Source: Candidatus Woesearchaeota archaeon (GTDB lineage: Archaea; Nanobdellota; Nanobdellia; Pacearchaeales; GW2011-AR1). From it: a stretch of DNA of 64,000 nucleotides. The DNA lies in assembly GCA_964447315.1 (NCBI GenBank), contig CAYURQ010000001.1, forward strand, positions 27,351-91,350. Reading direction: 5' to 3'. The notes under the pieces are model-generated. The model was not told the DNA's origin, did no database searches, and worked only from the letters and a program-made list of their open reading frames with translations. A program made the position numbers and the translations under genes. The stretch's first letter is position 1; each line of letters starts with the position of its first letter. Of this stretch, positions 30,475-39,536 are shown piece by piece.

Positions 30475-30783
30475 TTATACATTTCCTCCATCTGTTTCAC
30501 AGGCTCTGCAAACACTTTTTCCTGGTTTTCCACAAATTCCAGTGTCTCCTCCTGTATATCCTCCCCTATAATAACTACATTTTGGTTCAATAAAGAATTT
30601 TTGATATCCGCTATTACTAGGAGCTGATCCAGGATACCACCTAACAGTCATCCCTCTAACCCGCACCCCTATCTCCTGCGCTTTTTTACTCCCTCCCTTT
30701 GCAAGAATATTTAGATACCCACAAATAAACGGATGATCATATTTTTTTTCCAGATCCTTTTTTATTTCATTAACATCTGACAT
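30475..30783 (-). CDS. Cys-rich small protein, paralog 2
   Basis: tandem paralog of 30159..30467. Confidence 0.5.
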   Translation of the reverse strand: MSDVNEIKKDLEKKYDHPFICGYLNILAKGGSKKAQEIGVRVRGMTVRWYPGSAPSNSGYQKFFIEPKCSYYRGGYTGGDTGICGKPGKSVCRACETDGGNV

Positions 30784-30939
30784 TAAAAAATAATGCTCTT
30801 AATATTTAAATAAATTATTGTACTGAAAAATACTCTTCCTCTAAAACAGTAAACTAAGTAAAACAGATAATACTTCTGTAAAAGACGAAAGATTTAAATA
30901 GTAATATCAATTGATATTATCATAAAAATAGGAGTTAAA

Positions 30940-31218
30940 ATGCCATTATTACAAAAAAGAAATCCAAATGCAAGGTCACCAACATTACAAACAGTATTGA
31001 TGGTTGAAAAATTCATTGAAGAAAATAGTGGAGAGTATAAAAAAACAGAATTGTTCAAAAAACTTCCTAGAAAAGTAATGTGGCAAACATTTCAAATAAT
31101 AGTGCAATATCTTGAAGAAAATTATAAAATAATTATTGGAAAGGATGGAATAGTAACCTACATATGGAATCCAAATTTCTATGAAAAAATTAAAGATAGG
31201 CCAGAGATAAAAATATGA
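30940..31218 (+). CDS. putative antitoxin-like protein (family with a paralog at 59574..59861)
   Basis: overlaps the downstream RelE/YoeB-like gene by 4 nt (ATGA). Confidence 0.4.
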   Translation: MPLLQKRNPNARSPTLQTVLMVEKFIEENSGEYKKTELFKKLPRKVMWQTFQIIVQYLEENYKIIIGKDGIVTYIWNPNFYEKIKDRPEIKI

Positions 31219-31535
31219 AATCAAAGGTTGTTTTTGTTGATAATAGCCTAGAAAAAGCGTTTAATTCTCTTGATGAATCAGACCCTATTAAAAAAGCATT
31301 AATTAGGGCAATAAAAAATATTCAACAAGATCCAAAAGCTGGAAGGAGTGTTATAAAAAGAATGATTCCAGAGAGACTAATTAAGAAATATGGGATAAAT
31401 AACTTGATGATTTACAATTTGCCAAATGCATGGAGAATGTTATATTCAGTAACTACTTCTGGAGATATAGAATTGGTGGCTGTAATACTTGATTGGATGA
31501 ATCACAAGGACTATGAGAGATTATTCAAGTTTTAA
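31215..31535 (+). CDS. RelE/YoeB-like toxin candidate
   Basis: C-terminus ...AWRMLYSV...ELVAVILDWMNHKDYERLF resembles YoeB/RelE (WSRRI..HRLVY.V...L.I..CRYHY). Confidence 0.4.
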   Translation: MKSKVVFVDNSLEKAFNSLDESDPIKKALIRAIKNIQQDPKAGRSVIKRMIPERLIKKYGINNLMIYNLPNAWRMLYSVTTSGDIELVAVILDWMNHKDYERLFKF

Positions 31536-31832
31536 TTATTCTTCATCTTCCTCAAGAACTAGTAAACTAAGTAAAACAATTAATACTCCTGCTATTATAG
31601 AAATTACCCAGCTTAGCCAACCTAACTCTAGAGTCTTAAACTTAATTATTAAAAAACCTGCAATACCAAGCAATCCTATGAATATATAATCTTTTCGTAT
31701 TTTTTCTTTGATAATTGGGGCGTGTTCTGAAAATACATCAAGAATTCCAGTAACAATTACAACAACCAATAATATATTTAAGTTAAGATAAGTGCTAACA
31801 AGTCCTGCCCATATTTGTTCAATCAATAACAA
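31536..31832 (-). CDS. 3-TM small membrane protein, copy 1 of 4
   Basis: near-identical copies at 33542, 36225 and 38237; a divergent relative at 44150. Confidence 0.5.
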   Translation of the reverse strand: MLLIEQIWAGLVSTYLNLNILLVVVIVTGILDVFSEHAPIIKEKIRKDYIFIGLLGIAGFLIIKFKTLELGWLSWVISIIAGVLIVLLSLLVLEEDEE

Positions 31833-31873
31833 TATTAGATAAGTTACTAAGACTGTTTGAAAGATGTGATTTA

Positions 31874-31908
31874 CTAGGGATGCGTTGTGTCTGTGGAAAA
31901 GGGAAAAG
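31874..31908 (+). repeat. G/T-rich element variant CTAGGGATGCGTTGTGTCTGTGGAAAAGGGAAAAG
   Basis: 5' region of the membrane-protein gene; related to 33886..33949. Confidence 0.35.
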
Positions 31909-31937
31909 TTTATAGAATTTTAAATTATTATTAAAAC

Positions 31938-32324
31938 ATGGAAGAAAGAGATGTAATAATTAAGATTTATGATAAAAAAGAAGAAATTAATAAAATAATT
32001 AAAGAATTAAAAAAATATTCATTTGAAGATTACATTAAAACTGGCCATTATGAAATTTCTTTATTAACTAAAGGAACAGATGAAGATAAATTGAGAGAGA
32101 TTTATCCTAAATTTGATATTATAGAATTAATAGCATTGAGGAGGCATAAAAATGGTTATGAGAATTATGATGTTTATTATGAACTTGAAAAAGGAAATTA
32201 TGCTTTGTTTGCCATAAATCTAGAAGGTAAAAAACCTAAAATAGATAATGCATTTATAGCTAATAGAATATTCAAAAATTTCTTAAAATCTATGGTAAAA
32301 AGATATGGTAATAAAATGGTTTAA
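31938..32324 (+). CDS. hypothetical protein (128 aa)
   Basis: duplicated at 36633. Confidence 0.45.
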   Translation: MEERDVIIKIYDKKEEINKIIKELKKYSFEDYIKTGHYEISLLTKGTDEDKLREIYPKFDIIELIALRRHKNGYENYDVYYELEKGNYALFAINLEGKKPKIDNAFIANRIFKNFLKSMVKRYGNKMV

Positions 32325-32656
32325 TTAGTCATGCATTGCATAGGTATATTTGCTATAGGAATTTGTTTTATTCCTGCTTTTTCATCTTCTAATCCCACCC
32401 CAATAAATAATTGATCTCTGCTTGGTTTTACAATAAGATTTAATTTTTCAAAGTCTTTTATTTGTTGTATATTAAACCCTATTGCCTCAAGAAAATTAGA
32501 AAACTCTCTTACTTCTAAACTAACTACTTTTCCGTTTCCAGTAGTGCTAATAATAAAATCTCCAAAGCTAAAATTCTTCTTAACTTTCTCATTATCTTGA
32601 ATAGAAGCCACAATTAAGCTGTCTGTATTCTCATCATATTTAGAGACTTTTATCAT
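32321..32656 (-). CDS. DUF2283-like small protein (111 aa)
   Basis: N-term MIKVSKYDENTDSLIVAS resembles DUF2283 (MKI.YD.EADALYIRL). Confidence 0.35.
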   Translation of the reverse strand: MIKVSKYDENTDSLIVASIQDNEKVKKNFSFGDFIISTTGNGKVVSLEVREFSNFLEAIGFNIQQIKDFEKLNLIVKPSRDQLFIGVGLEDEKAGIKQIPIANIPMQCMTN

Positions 32657-32756
32657 ATTTTATAATAATATTTTGTTTATTTATACCTTTCTATTCATCT
32701 TCTAGAGGCAAGTAAAACATATAAATCTTAATAAATAATTAAAACTCCTTTTCTTA

Positions 32757-33545
32757 ATGGGAATTGATTCATCTGAAGCAAATCAAATAATAAACGCTAT
32801 TGATTTTGTAAATCATCATTATGGAGGTTCTGCAAAAGTTACTGGAGAATTCTTTTGTAAAGACTGTAATGAGAAATTTCCTTCTGGAGAATTTCGTTAT
32901 GATAAAGGAGGGTATATTCCAGGGCCAGGTTTAATTAATTTGTCTTCTGAAAGGGCTGCATTTCCCCTTCATGAGTTTCATACTGTTCTTGCTTTAAAAG
33001 ATTCTGATGAGATCTATGAAAAAAGAGTGATTTTAGACTTATTTAATAAATCAAGAAACTGGAATTTTTATGATGTTCCAGAAAGATGCTTTGAGGATTA
33101 TATGAAAATAATGAAAACAAGCTCACTAATTTCTATTGCTAGTCTAGAAGCTAATCATTGGTGTTATTCACTTCATTCAACACCAGATTTTACAGAAGAA
33201 GAAATGCTGGAGGATCCTATTAAAAGGGATATTCTAGAAATGGATAGGAAGATTAATCTTAGGCCAAATAAATTAGAAAATGAGGTTAAACCAGAAATAA
33301 ATCGGGTTTTCAAAGACATAATTGGTAATAGAGAAATTCCAATAATTTATATTATTCCAGAAGAATTTAGAGGAGATTTTGGAGAGGAATATTATAAAAG
33401 GGATTTTATTGAAGCAACATACAATACTTTTAAAGCAAAGAACATACTTTTTCCAGATGAAAAAAGAAATTCTGTTATTAAAATAATTGATTCTTACTTT
33501 AAAGAAGCAGAATTAAAGCATGAAAGACACCCTTCTCCTTTTTAG
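32757..33545 (+). CDS. hypothetical protein (262 aa)
   Basis: duplicated at 37452. Confidence 0.45.
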   Translation: MGIDSSEANQIINAIDFVNHHYGGSAKVTGEFFCKDCNEKFPSGEFRYDKGGYIPGPGLINLSSERAAFPLHEFHTVLALKDSDEIYEKRVILDLFNKSRNWNFYDVPERCFEDYMKIMKTSSLISIASLEANHWCYSLHSTPDFTEEEMLEDPIKRDILEMDRKINLRPNKLENEVKPEINRVFKDIIGNREIPIIYIIPEEFRGDFGEEYYKRDFIEATYNTFKAKNILFPDEKRNSVIKIIDSYFKEAELKHERHPSPF

Positions 33546-33844
33546 GATTCTTCATCCTCTTCTAAAACAAGTAAACTAAGTAAAACAATTAATACTCCTG
33601 CAACAAGAGATATTACCCATGACAACCATCCTAATTCTAGTGTTTTAAACTTGATTATCAGGAAACCTGCAATACCAAGCAATCCTATAAATATGTAATC
33701 TTTAGGTTTTATTTTTTCTTTAATAATTGGAGCGTGTTCTGAAAATACATCAAGAATTCCAGTAACAATTACAACAACTAATAAGATATTTAAGTTAAGA
33801 TAAGTGCTAACAAGTCCTGCCCATATTTGCTCAATTAATAACAA
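33542..33844 (-). CDS. 3-TM small membrane protein, copy 2 of 4
   Basis: ~90% identical to copy 1. Confidence 0.5.
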   Translation of the reverse strand: MLLIEQIWAGLVSTYLNLNILLVVVIVTGILDVFSEHAPIIKEKIKPKDYIFIGLLGIAGFLIIKFKTLELGWLSWVISLVAGVLIVLLSLLVLEEDEES

Positions 33845-33885
33845 TATTAGATAAGTTACTAAGACTGTTTGAAAGGTGTGATTTA

Positions 33886-33949
33886 CTAGGGATGTGTTGT
33901 GTCCACGGAATAGGAGGTGTTGGAGTGAGGGTTTGGGAATGTTGATAGG
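33886..33949 (+). repeat. G/T-rich element (GGGTTGGAATGTTGATAGG subfamily)
   Basis: shares GGGTT(T)GG(G)AAT(A)TGTTGATAGGAT with 58344..58409 and 59472..59524. Confidence 0.4.
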
Positions 33950-33960
33950 ATTATTTTAAT

Positions 33961-34602
33961 TTATATAGAAGAATTAATATCTCCATGCACTACTAATGAT
34001 TGATAATTTTCAAATAAGAAAGGGGCATAAAATTGGGCTTCTGGAAAATCTTTAGTTGTACTTAGATACCAAATATTCTCTTCCATTTTATCTTTAGCTC
34101 TTTCAACTGACTTTTCTATAGTAGAACCTTCTATTAATGCTTTAACAAGGATATTTGAGGGTTCTAAAAATAATTTTGCTATTTTATCTCTTCTTGGAGA
34201 TGCCTCCTGATTAGGATCTTTCCCAAGATTAAAATCTCTCTCATATCCAATAAAACAAATGGCTCCTTTAGTAACTATTATCTTCCCTAGTTTTTGTCCT
34301 GATGAACAAGTTAGGGAATAAACAACCATGCCTGAAAGAACTTTTGCATTTTCTTTAGAGATTATTATCTCATTTTTATGCCCAGCAATCAAATCAGGAT
34401 TACCATGCCCATTAAACATAATAAAATCTGGTTTTTGCTTTTTTATAATTTTTAAGATTTCTTTTTTATTTGCTTTTTCTCTTTCCCTATTTATTGTTTT
34501 GTTTCCTCTTTCTTTCGAATATTTAACTAATTCTTTACTATAATAATATAAATAAGAGAGGGTCCCATCATGCTCGGGTCTGGAAAAAATAATATTACTC
34601 AT
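33961..34602 (-). CDS. clan CD cysteine peptidase-like protein (minimal caspase/legumain-like fold)
   Basis: hydrophobic strand + His-Gly (FIMFNGHG), then 34 aa later hydrophobic strand + Cys (VVYSLTCSSGQ); this is the His/Cys dyad arrangement of caspase/legumain/gingipain. Confidence 0.45.
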   Translation of the reverse strand: MSNIIFSRPEHDGTLSYLYYYSKELVKYSKERGNKTINREREKANKKEILKIIKKQKPDFIMFNGHGNPDLIAGHKNEIIISKENAKVLSGMVVYSLTCSSGQKLGKIIVTKGAICFIGYERDFNLGKDPNQEASPRRDKIAKLFLEPSNILVKALIEGSTIEKSVERAKDKMEENIWYLSTTKDFPEAQFYAPFLFENYQSLVVHGDINSSI

Positions 34603-34604
34603 AA

Positions 34605-34841
34605 TTATTGTTTTACTAAAAAACCTCTTTTGAAAGCTTTAAGATAGTTTAATTGGATTTCAACTATTCTATTTCCAATATCTGTATTATCTTCTATGTT
34701 TTTTATCAACTCATCTCTTTTCATAAATTTTCCATCAGACATTCCAAATGAAACACTTACATTTGGGGAAGCCTGCCTAATTCTTTCTATGACTATTTCT
34801 TTCTTTAACTGATCTATATTCTCTTGTTTATTTTCTTTCAT
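34605..34841 (-). CDS. hypothetical protein (78 aa), operon member
   Basis: stop 3 nt before the peptidase-like gene start. Confidence 0.4.
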   Translation of the reverse strand: MKENKQENIDQLKKEIVIERIRQASPNVSVSFGMSDGKFMKRDELIKNIEDNTDIGNRIVEIQLNYLKAFKRGFLVKQ

Positions 34842-35020
34842 ATTATTTCTAACTCTTTTAGTATTTTTAATATTTTCTCTCCATTTTCTGTCTTATTCTT
34901 TATTTCTTGGTAAGCAAGATTCCAACTTATTGGATTTTTATCTATAATTACTATTGTATTGTTTCTTTCTTTTATAGGCACTCCAGAATAAACTTTAAAG
35001 AAATCTTCTTCATTTACCAT
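34838..35020 (-). CDS. hypothetical protein (60 aa), first gene of operon
   Basis: 4-nt overlap with the next gene. Confidence 0.35.
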   Translation of the reverse strand: MVNEEDFFKVYSGVPIKERNNTIVIIDKNPISWNLAYQEIKNKTENGEKILKILKELEII

Positions 35021-35203
35021 TATTAAATTAGTAAATTAATCTTTTTAATTTTTGTCATTTCTTTTTCCTCGGCTTATTCCAATAAGGACTTTGGGGTTTC
35101 ATGAAACACTGAAGAGAAAAGGATATTTAAATGCTGTTTTTTGGAGTGTGGGTAAAACAATTCATCTTAATCTATATATTTTTTAATTAATGATTCTATA
35201 ATT

Positions 35204-35464
35204 TTAATTATACACTTTATCTCTTTTATCAATTTTTACTATCAAAATTATTTTCTGAGCTTCTTTAATTTTATATAATGCTCTAAAGTACCCAATTCTA
35301 TACCTAAAAACCATCTCATTATTATCTCTCCCAATAAACTTTGAATCACTTGGTACAGGAGTATTTTCAAGGTTTTTTAATCTCTTTTCAATCCTTTCTC
35401 TTTCTTTGGTATCTAATTTGTTTAAAAAATCCTGGGCTTTAACAGACAGCTCTACAGAATACAT
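35204..35464 (-). CDS. relE: RelE/ParE-family toxin
   Basis: MYSVELSVKAQDFLNKLDTKERERIEKRLKNLENTP...FRYRIGYFRALYKI...IILIVKIDKRDKVY matches the RelE/ParE consensus throughout. Confidence 0.75.
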   Translation of the reverse strand: MYSVELSVKAQDFLNKLDTKERERIEKRLKNLENTPVPSDSKFIGRDNNEMVFRYRIGYFRALYKIKEAQKIILIVKIDKRDKVYN

Positions 35465-35465
35465 T

Positions 35466-35627
35466 TTACAGTCTCTTTGTTCTGCCTTCTTTTAAATCTT
35501 CTTCAGCTTGATTTAAAGAGTTTATGTCGTCTTGGGTTAGAGTTACATCTATTATGTGCTCCTTTAAAGAATCCATATCTTTTTTTAAATTGTCTAGTTT
35601 ACTTATGATTAATTCTTCGTTTTCCAT
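35466..35627 (-). CDS. putative antitoxin (53 aa, not in the supplied ORF track)
   Basis: MENEELIISKLDNLKKDMDSLKEHIIDVTLTQDDINSLNQAEEDLKEGRTKRL; stop 1 nt before the relE start. Confidence 0.5.
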   Translation of the reverse strand: MENEELIISKLDNLKKDMDSLKEHIIDVTLTQDDINSLNQAEEDLKEGRTKRL

Positions 35628-35677
35628 ATCTTCCAATATAAAAATAACTATATAATCTTTTCGTATTTTTTATTTTT

Positions 35678-35715
35678 CATAAGGGGTGTTGGTTGGAGCA
35701 TTTTAGGGAGTATTG
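35678..35715 (+). repeat. G/T-rich boundary element CATAAGGGGTGTTGGTTGGAGCATTTTAGGGAGTATTG
   Basis: marks the end of duplicated unit 1; recurs at 40373, 41489 and 46630. Confidence 0.6.
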
Positions 35716-35781
35716 TAAATTAAAAAAAAAGAAATAATTAGCAGAACAATCAAAAAAAATTAGAAAAGATATGGAAAGAAT

Positions 35782-36189
35782 CTACAAAATTTCTTTTAAA
35801 TAATTAGATAAATTTAAATCCCTAATTTCTTGTTTTCTTAACCATTTATAATCTTCATGTTCTTTACTTAACTTAACATTCTCTGGTTTTTCATGAGTTT
35901 TTAATATATATATTATTCTTAAAAGATGAACTTTTTTCCCTTGTTTCTCATATTCTTTACTTAATATTCTATAGATTGAAACTATTTCTGTATCGAGACT
36001 TGTTTCTTCCTTAACTTCTCTAAGTACAGCTTCAGAAGGATCTTCTCCAAATTCAACTCTTCCTCCAGGAATTTCCCATTCTCGAGAACCATCTACTTCT
36101 TTTGAATTTCTTTTAAGAAAAAGAAACTTATCTTGTATCTGAATCAATCCATTTGCTAAAATATTTGTTTTTTTCTTAATTTCTGACAT
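35782..36189 (-). CDS. Nudix hydrolase
   Basis: Nudix box GGRVEFGEDPSEAVLREVKEETSL. Confidence 0.8.
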   Translation of the reverse strand: MSEIKKKTNILANGLIQIQDKFLFLKRNSKEVDGSREWEIPGGRVEFGEDPSEAVLREVKEETSLDTEIVSIYRILSKEYEKQGKKVHLLRIIYILKTHEKPENVKLSKEHEDYKWLRKQEIRDLNLSNYLKEIL

Positions 36190-36224
36190 GTTTTAATAAA
36201 AGAATACATTTTATTTAAGGTTTT

Positions 36225-36527
36225 CTAATCTTGTTGTTCACCTTCTTCTAAAACAAGCAAACTAAGTAAAACAATTAATACTCCTGCTATTATAGAAATT
36301 ACCCAGCTTAGCCAACCTAACTCTAGAGTCTTAAACTTAATTATTAAAAAACCTGCAATACCAAGCAATCCTATGAATATATAATCTTTTCGTATTTTTT
36401 CTTTGATAATTGGGGCGTGTTCTGAAAATACATCAAGAATTCCAGTAACAATTACAACAACCAATAATATATTTAAGTTAAGATAAGTGCTAACAAGTCC
36501 TGCCCATATTTGTTCAATCAATAACAA
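36225..36527 (-). CDS. 3-TM small membrane protein, copy 3 of 4
   Basis: C-terminus differs from copy 1 (EEGEQQD vs EEDEE) at the duplication junction. Confidence 0.5.
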   Translation of the reverse strand: MLLIEQIWAGLVSTYLNLNILLVVVIVTGILDVFSEHAPIIKEKIRKDYIFIGLLGIAGFLIIKFKTLELGWLSWVISIIAGVLIVLLSLLVLEEGEQQD

Positions 36528-36632
36528 TATTAGATAAGTTACTAAGACTGTTTGAAAGATGTGATTTACTAGGGATGCGTTGTGTCTGTGGAAAAGGGAA
36601 AAGTTTATAGAATTTTAAATTATTATTAAAAC

Positions 36633-37019
36633 ATGGAAGAAAGAGATGTAATAATTAAGATTTATGATAAAAAAGAAGAAATTAATAAAATAATTAAAGA
36701 ATTAAAAAAATATTCATTTGAAGATTACATTAAAACTGGCCATTATGAAATTTCTTTATTAACTAAAGGAACAGATGAAGATAAATTGAGAGAGATTTAT
36801 CCTAAATTTGATATTATAGAATTAATAGCATTGAGGAGGCATAAAAATGGTTATGAGAATTATGATGTTTATTATGAACTTGAAAAAGGAAATTATGCTT
36901 TGTTTGCCATAAATCTAGAAGGTAAAAAACCTAAAATAGATAATGCATTTATAGCTAATAGAATATTCAAAAATTTCTTAAAATCTATGGTAAAAAGATA
37001 TGGTAATAAAATGGTTTAA
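36633..37019 (+). CDS. hypothetical protein (128 aa), duplicate
   Basis: identical to 31938..32324. Confidence 0.45.
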   Translation: MEERDVIIKIYDKKEEINKIIKELKKYSFEDYIKTGHYEISLLTKGTDEDKLREIYPKFDIIELIALRRHKNGYENYDVYYELEKGNYALFAINLEGKKPKIDNAFIANRIFKNFLKSMVKRYGNKMV

Positions 37020-37351
37020 TTAGTCATGCATTGCATAGGTATATTTGCTATAGGAATTTGTTTTATTCCTGCTTTTTCATCTTCTAATCCCACCCCAATA
37101 AATAATTGATCTCTGCTTGGTTTTACAATAAGATTTAATTTTTCAAAGTCTTTTATTTGTTGTATATTAAACCCTATTGCCTCAAGAAAATTAGAAAACT
37201 CTCTTACTTCTAAACTAACTACTTTTCCGTTTCCAGTAGTGCTAATAATAAAATCTCCAAAGCTAAAATTCTTCTTAACTTTCTCATTATCTTGAATAGA
37301 AGCCACAATTAAGCTGTCTGTATTCTCATCATATTTAGAGACTTTTATCAT
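37016..37351 (-). CDS. DUF2283-like small protein, duplicate
   Basis: identical to 32321..32656. Confidence 0.35.
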   Translation of the reverse strand: MIKVSKYDENTDSLIVASIQDNEKVKKNFSFGDFIISTTGNGKVVSLEVREFSNFLEAIGFNIQQIKDFEKLNLIVKPSRDQLFIGVGLEDEKAGIKQIPIANIPMQCMTN

Positions 37352-37451
37352 ATTTTATAATAATATTTTGTTTATTTATACCTTTCTATTCATCTTCTAG
37401 AGGCAAGTAAAACATATAAATCTTAATAAATAATTAAAACTCCTTTTCTTA

Positions 37452-38240
37452 ATGGGAATTGATTCATCTGAAGCAAATCAAATAATAAACGCTATTGATT
37501 TTGTAAATCATCATTATGGAGGTTCTGCAAAAGTTACTGGAGAATTCTTTTGTAAAGACTGTAATGAGAAATTTCCTTCTGGAGAATTTCGTTATGATAA
37601 AGGAGGGTATATTCCAGGGCCAGGTTTAATTAATTTGTCTTCTGAAAGGGCTGCATTTCCCCTTCATGAGTTTCATACTGTTCTTGCTTTAAAAGATTCT
37701 GATGAGATCTATGAAAAAAGAGTGATTTTAGACTTATTTAATAAATCAAGAAACTGGAATTTTTATGATGTTCCAGAAAGATGCTTTGAGGATTATATGA
37801 AAATAATGAAAACAAGCTCACTAATTTCTATTGCTAGTCTAGAAGCTAATCATTGGTGTTATTCACTTCATTCAACACCAGATTTTACAGAAGAAGAAAT
37901 GCTGGAGGATCCTATTAAAAGGGATATTCTAGAAATGGATAGGAAGATTAATCTTAGGCCAAATAAATTAGAAAATGAGGTTAAACCAGAAATAAATCGG
38001 GTTTTCAAAGACATAATTGGTAATAGAGAAATTCCAATAATTTATATTATTCCAGAAGAATTTAGAGGAGATTTTGGAGAGGAATATTATAAAAGGGATT
38101 TTATTGAAGCAACATACAATACTTTTAAAGCAAAGAACATACTTTTTCCAGATGAAAAAAGAAATTCTGTTATTAAAATAATTGATTCTTACTTTAAAGA
38201 AGCAGAATTAAAGCATGAAAGACACCCTTCTCCTTTTTAG
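37452..38240 (+). CDS. hypothetical protein (262 aa), duplicate
   Basis: identical to 32757..33545. Confidence 0.45.
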   Translation: MGIDSSEANQIINAIDFVNHHYGGSAKVTGEFFCKDCNEKFPSGEFRYDKGGYIPGPGLINLSSERAAFPLHEFHTVLALKDSDEIYEKRVILDLFNKSRNWNFYDVPERCFEDYMKIMKTSSLISIASLEANHWCYSLHSTPDFTEEEMLEDPIKRDILEMDRKINLRPNKLENEVKPEINRVFKDIIGNREIPIIYIIPEEFRGDFGEEYYKRDFIEATYNTFKAKNILFPDEKRNSVIKIIDSYFKEAELKHERHPSPF

Positions 38241-38539
38241 GATTCTTCATCCTCTTCTAAAACAAGTAAACTAAGTAAAACAATTAATACTCCTGCAACA
38301 AGAGATATTACCCATGACAACCATCCTAATTCTAGTGTTTTAAACTTGATTATCAGGAAACCTGCAATACCAAGCAATCCTATAAATATGTAATCTTTAG
38401 GTTTTATTTTTTCTTTAATAATTGGAGCGTGTTCTGAAAATACATCAAGAATTCCAGTAACAATTACAACAACTAATAAGATATTTAAGTTAAGATAAGT
38501 GCTAACAAGTCCTGCCCATATTTGCTCAATTAATAACAA
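38237..38539 (-). CDS. 3-TM small membrane protein, copy 4 of 4
   Basis: identical to 33542..33844. Confidence 0.5.
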   Translation of the reverse strand: MLLIEQIWAGLVSTYLNLNILLVVVIVTGILDVFSEHAPIIKEKIKPKDYIFIGLLGIAGFLIIKFKTLELGWLSWVISLVAGVLIVLLSLLVLEEDEES

Positions 38540-38655
38540 TATTAGATAAGTTACTAAGACTGTTTGAAAGGTGTGATTTACTAGGGATGTGTTGTGTCCA
38601 CGGAATAGGAGGTGTTGGAGTGAGGGTTTGGGAATGTTGATAGGATTATTTTAAT

Positions 38656-39297
38656 TTATATAGAAGAATTAATATCTCCATGCACTACTAATGATTGATA
38701 ATTTTCAAATAAGAAAGGGGCATAAAATTGGGCTTCTGGAAAATCTTTAGTTGTACTTAGATACCAAATATTCTCTTCCATTTTATCTTTAGCTCTTTCA
38801 ACTGACTTTTCTATAGTAGAACCTTCTATTAATGCTTTAACAAGGATATTTGAGGGTTCTAAAAATAATTTTGCTATTTTATCTCTTCTTGGAGATGCCT
38901 CCTGATTAGGATCTTTCCCAAGATTAAAATCTCTCTCATATCCAATAAAACAAATGGCTCCTTTAGTAACTATTATCTTCCCTAGTTTTTGTCCTGATGA
39001 ACAAGTTAGGGAATAAACAACCATGCCTGAAAGAACTTTTGCATTTTCTTTAGAGATTATTATCTCATTTTTATGCCCAGCAATCAAATCAGGATTACCA
39101 TGCCCATTAAACATAATAAAATCTGGTTTTTGCTTTTTTATAATTTTTAAGATTTCTTTTTTATTTGCTTTTTCTCTTTCCCTATTTATTGTTTTGTTTC
39201 CTCTTTCTTTCGAATATTTAACTAATTCTTTACTATAATAATATAAATAAGAGAGGGTCCCATCATGCTCGGGTCTGGAAAAAATAATATTACTCAT
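38656..39297 (-). CDS. clan CD cysteine peptidase-like protein, duplicate
   Basis: identical to 33961..34602. Confidence 0.45.
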   Translation of the reverse strand: MSNIIFSRPEHDGTLSYLYYYSKELVKYSKERGNKTINREREKANKKEILKIIKKQKPDFIMFNGHGNPDLIAGHKNEIIISKENAKVLSGMVVYSLTCSSGQKLGKIIVTKGAICFIGYERDFNLGKDPNQEASPRRDKIAKLFLEPSNILVKALIEGSTIEKSVERAKDKMEENIWYLSTTKDFPEAQFYAPFLFENYQSLVVHGDINSSI

Positions 39298-39299
39298 AA

Positions 39300-39536
39300 T
39301 TATTGTTTTACTAAAAAACCTCTTTTGAAAGCTTTAAGATAGTTTAATTGGATTTCAACTATTCTATTTCCAATATCTGTATTATCTTCTATGTTTTTTA
39401 TCAACTCATCTCTTTTCATAAATTTTCCATCAGACATTCCAAATGAAACACTTACATTTGGGGAAGCCTGCCTAATTCTTTCTATGACTATTTCTTTCTT
39501 TAACTGATCTATATTCTCTTGTTTATTTTCTTTCAT
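39300..39536 (-). CDS. hypothetical protein (78 aa), duplicate
   Basis: identical to 34605..34841. Confidence 0.4.
   Translation of the reverse strand: MKENKQENIDQLKKEIVIERIRQASPNVSVSFGMSDGKFMKRDELIKNIEDNTDIGNRIVEIQLNYLKAFKRGFLVKQ

Larger units (their letters stand above)
31564..35715. repeat. 4152-bp unit, copy 1 of an essentially identical direct duplication
   Basis: all ORF translations identical to those at +4695 bp; identity starts inside the 3' end of the membrane-protein gene and ends at ...TAGGGAGTATTG. Confidence 0.85.

Noticed and set aside
30159-30590. The long N-terminal extension of the first Cys-rich paralog, which overlaps the second paralog in another frame
   Set aside because: Alignment of the two paralogs shows homologous starts (MSYEYS... 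versus MSDVNEI...). The extension is spurious.
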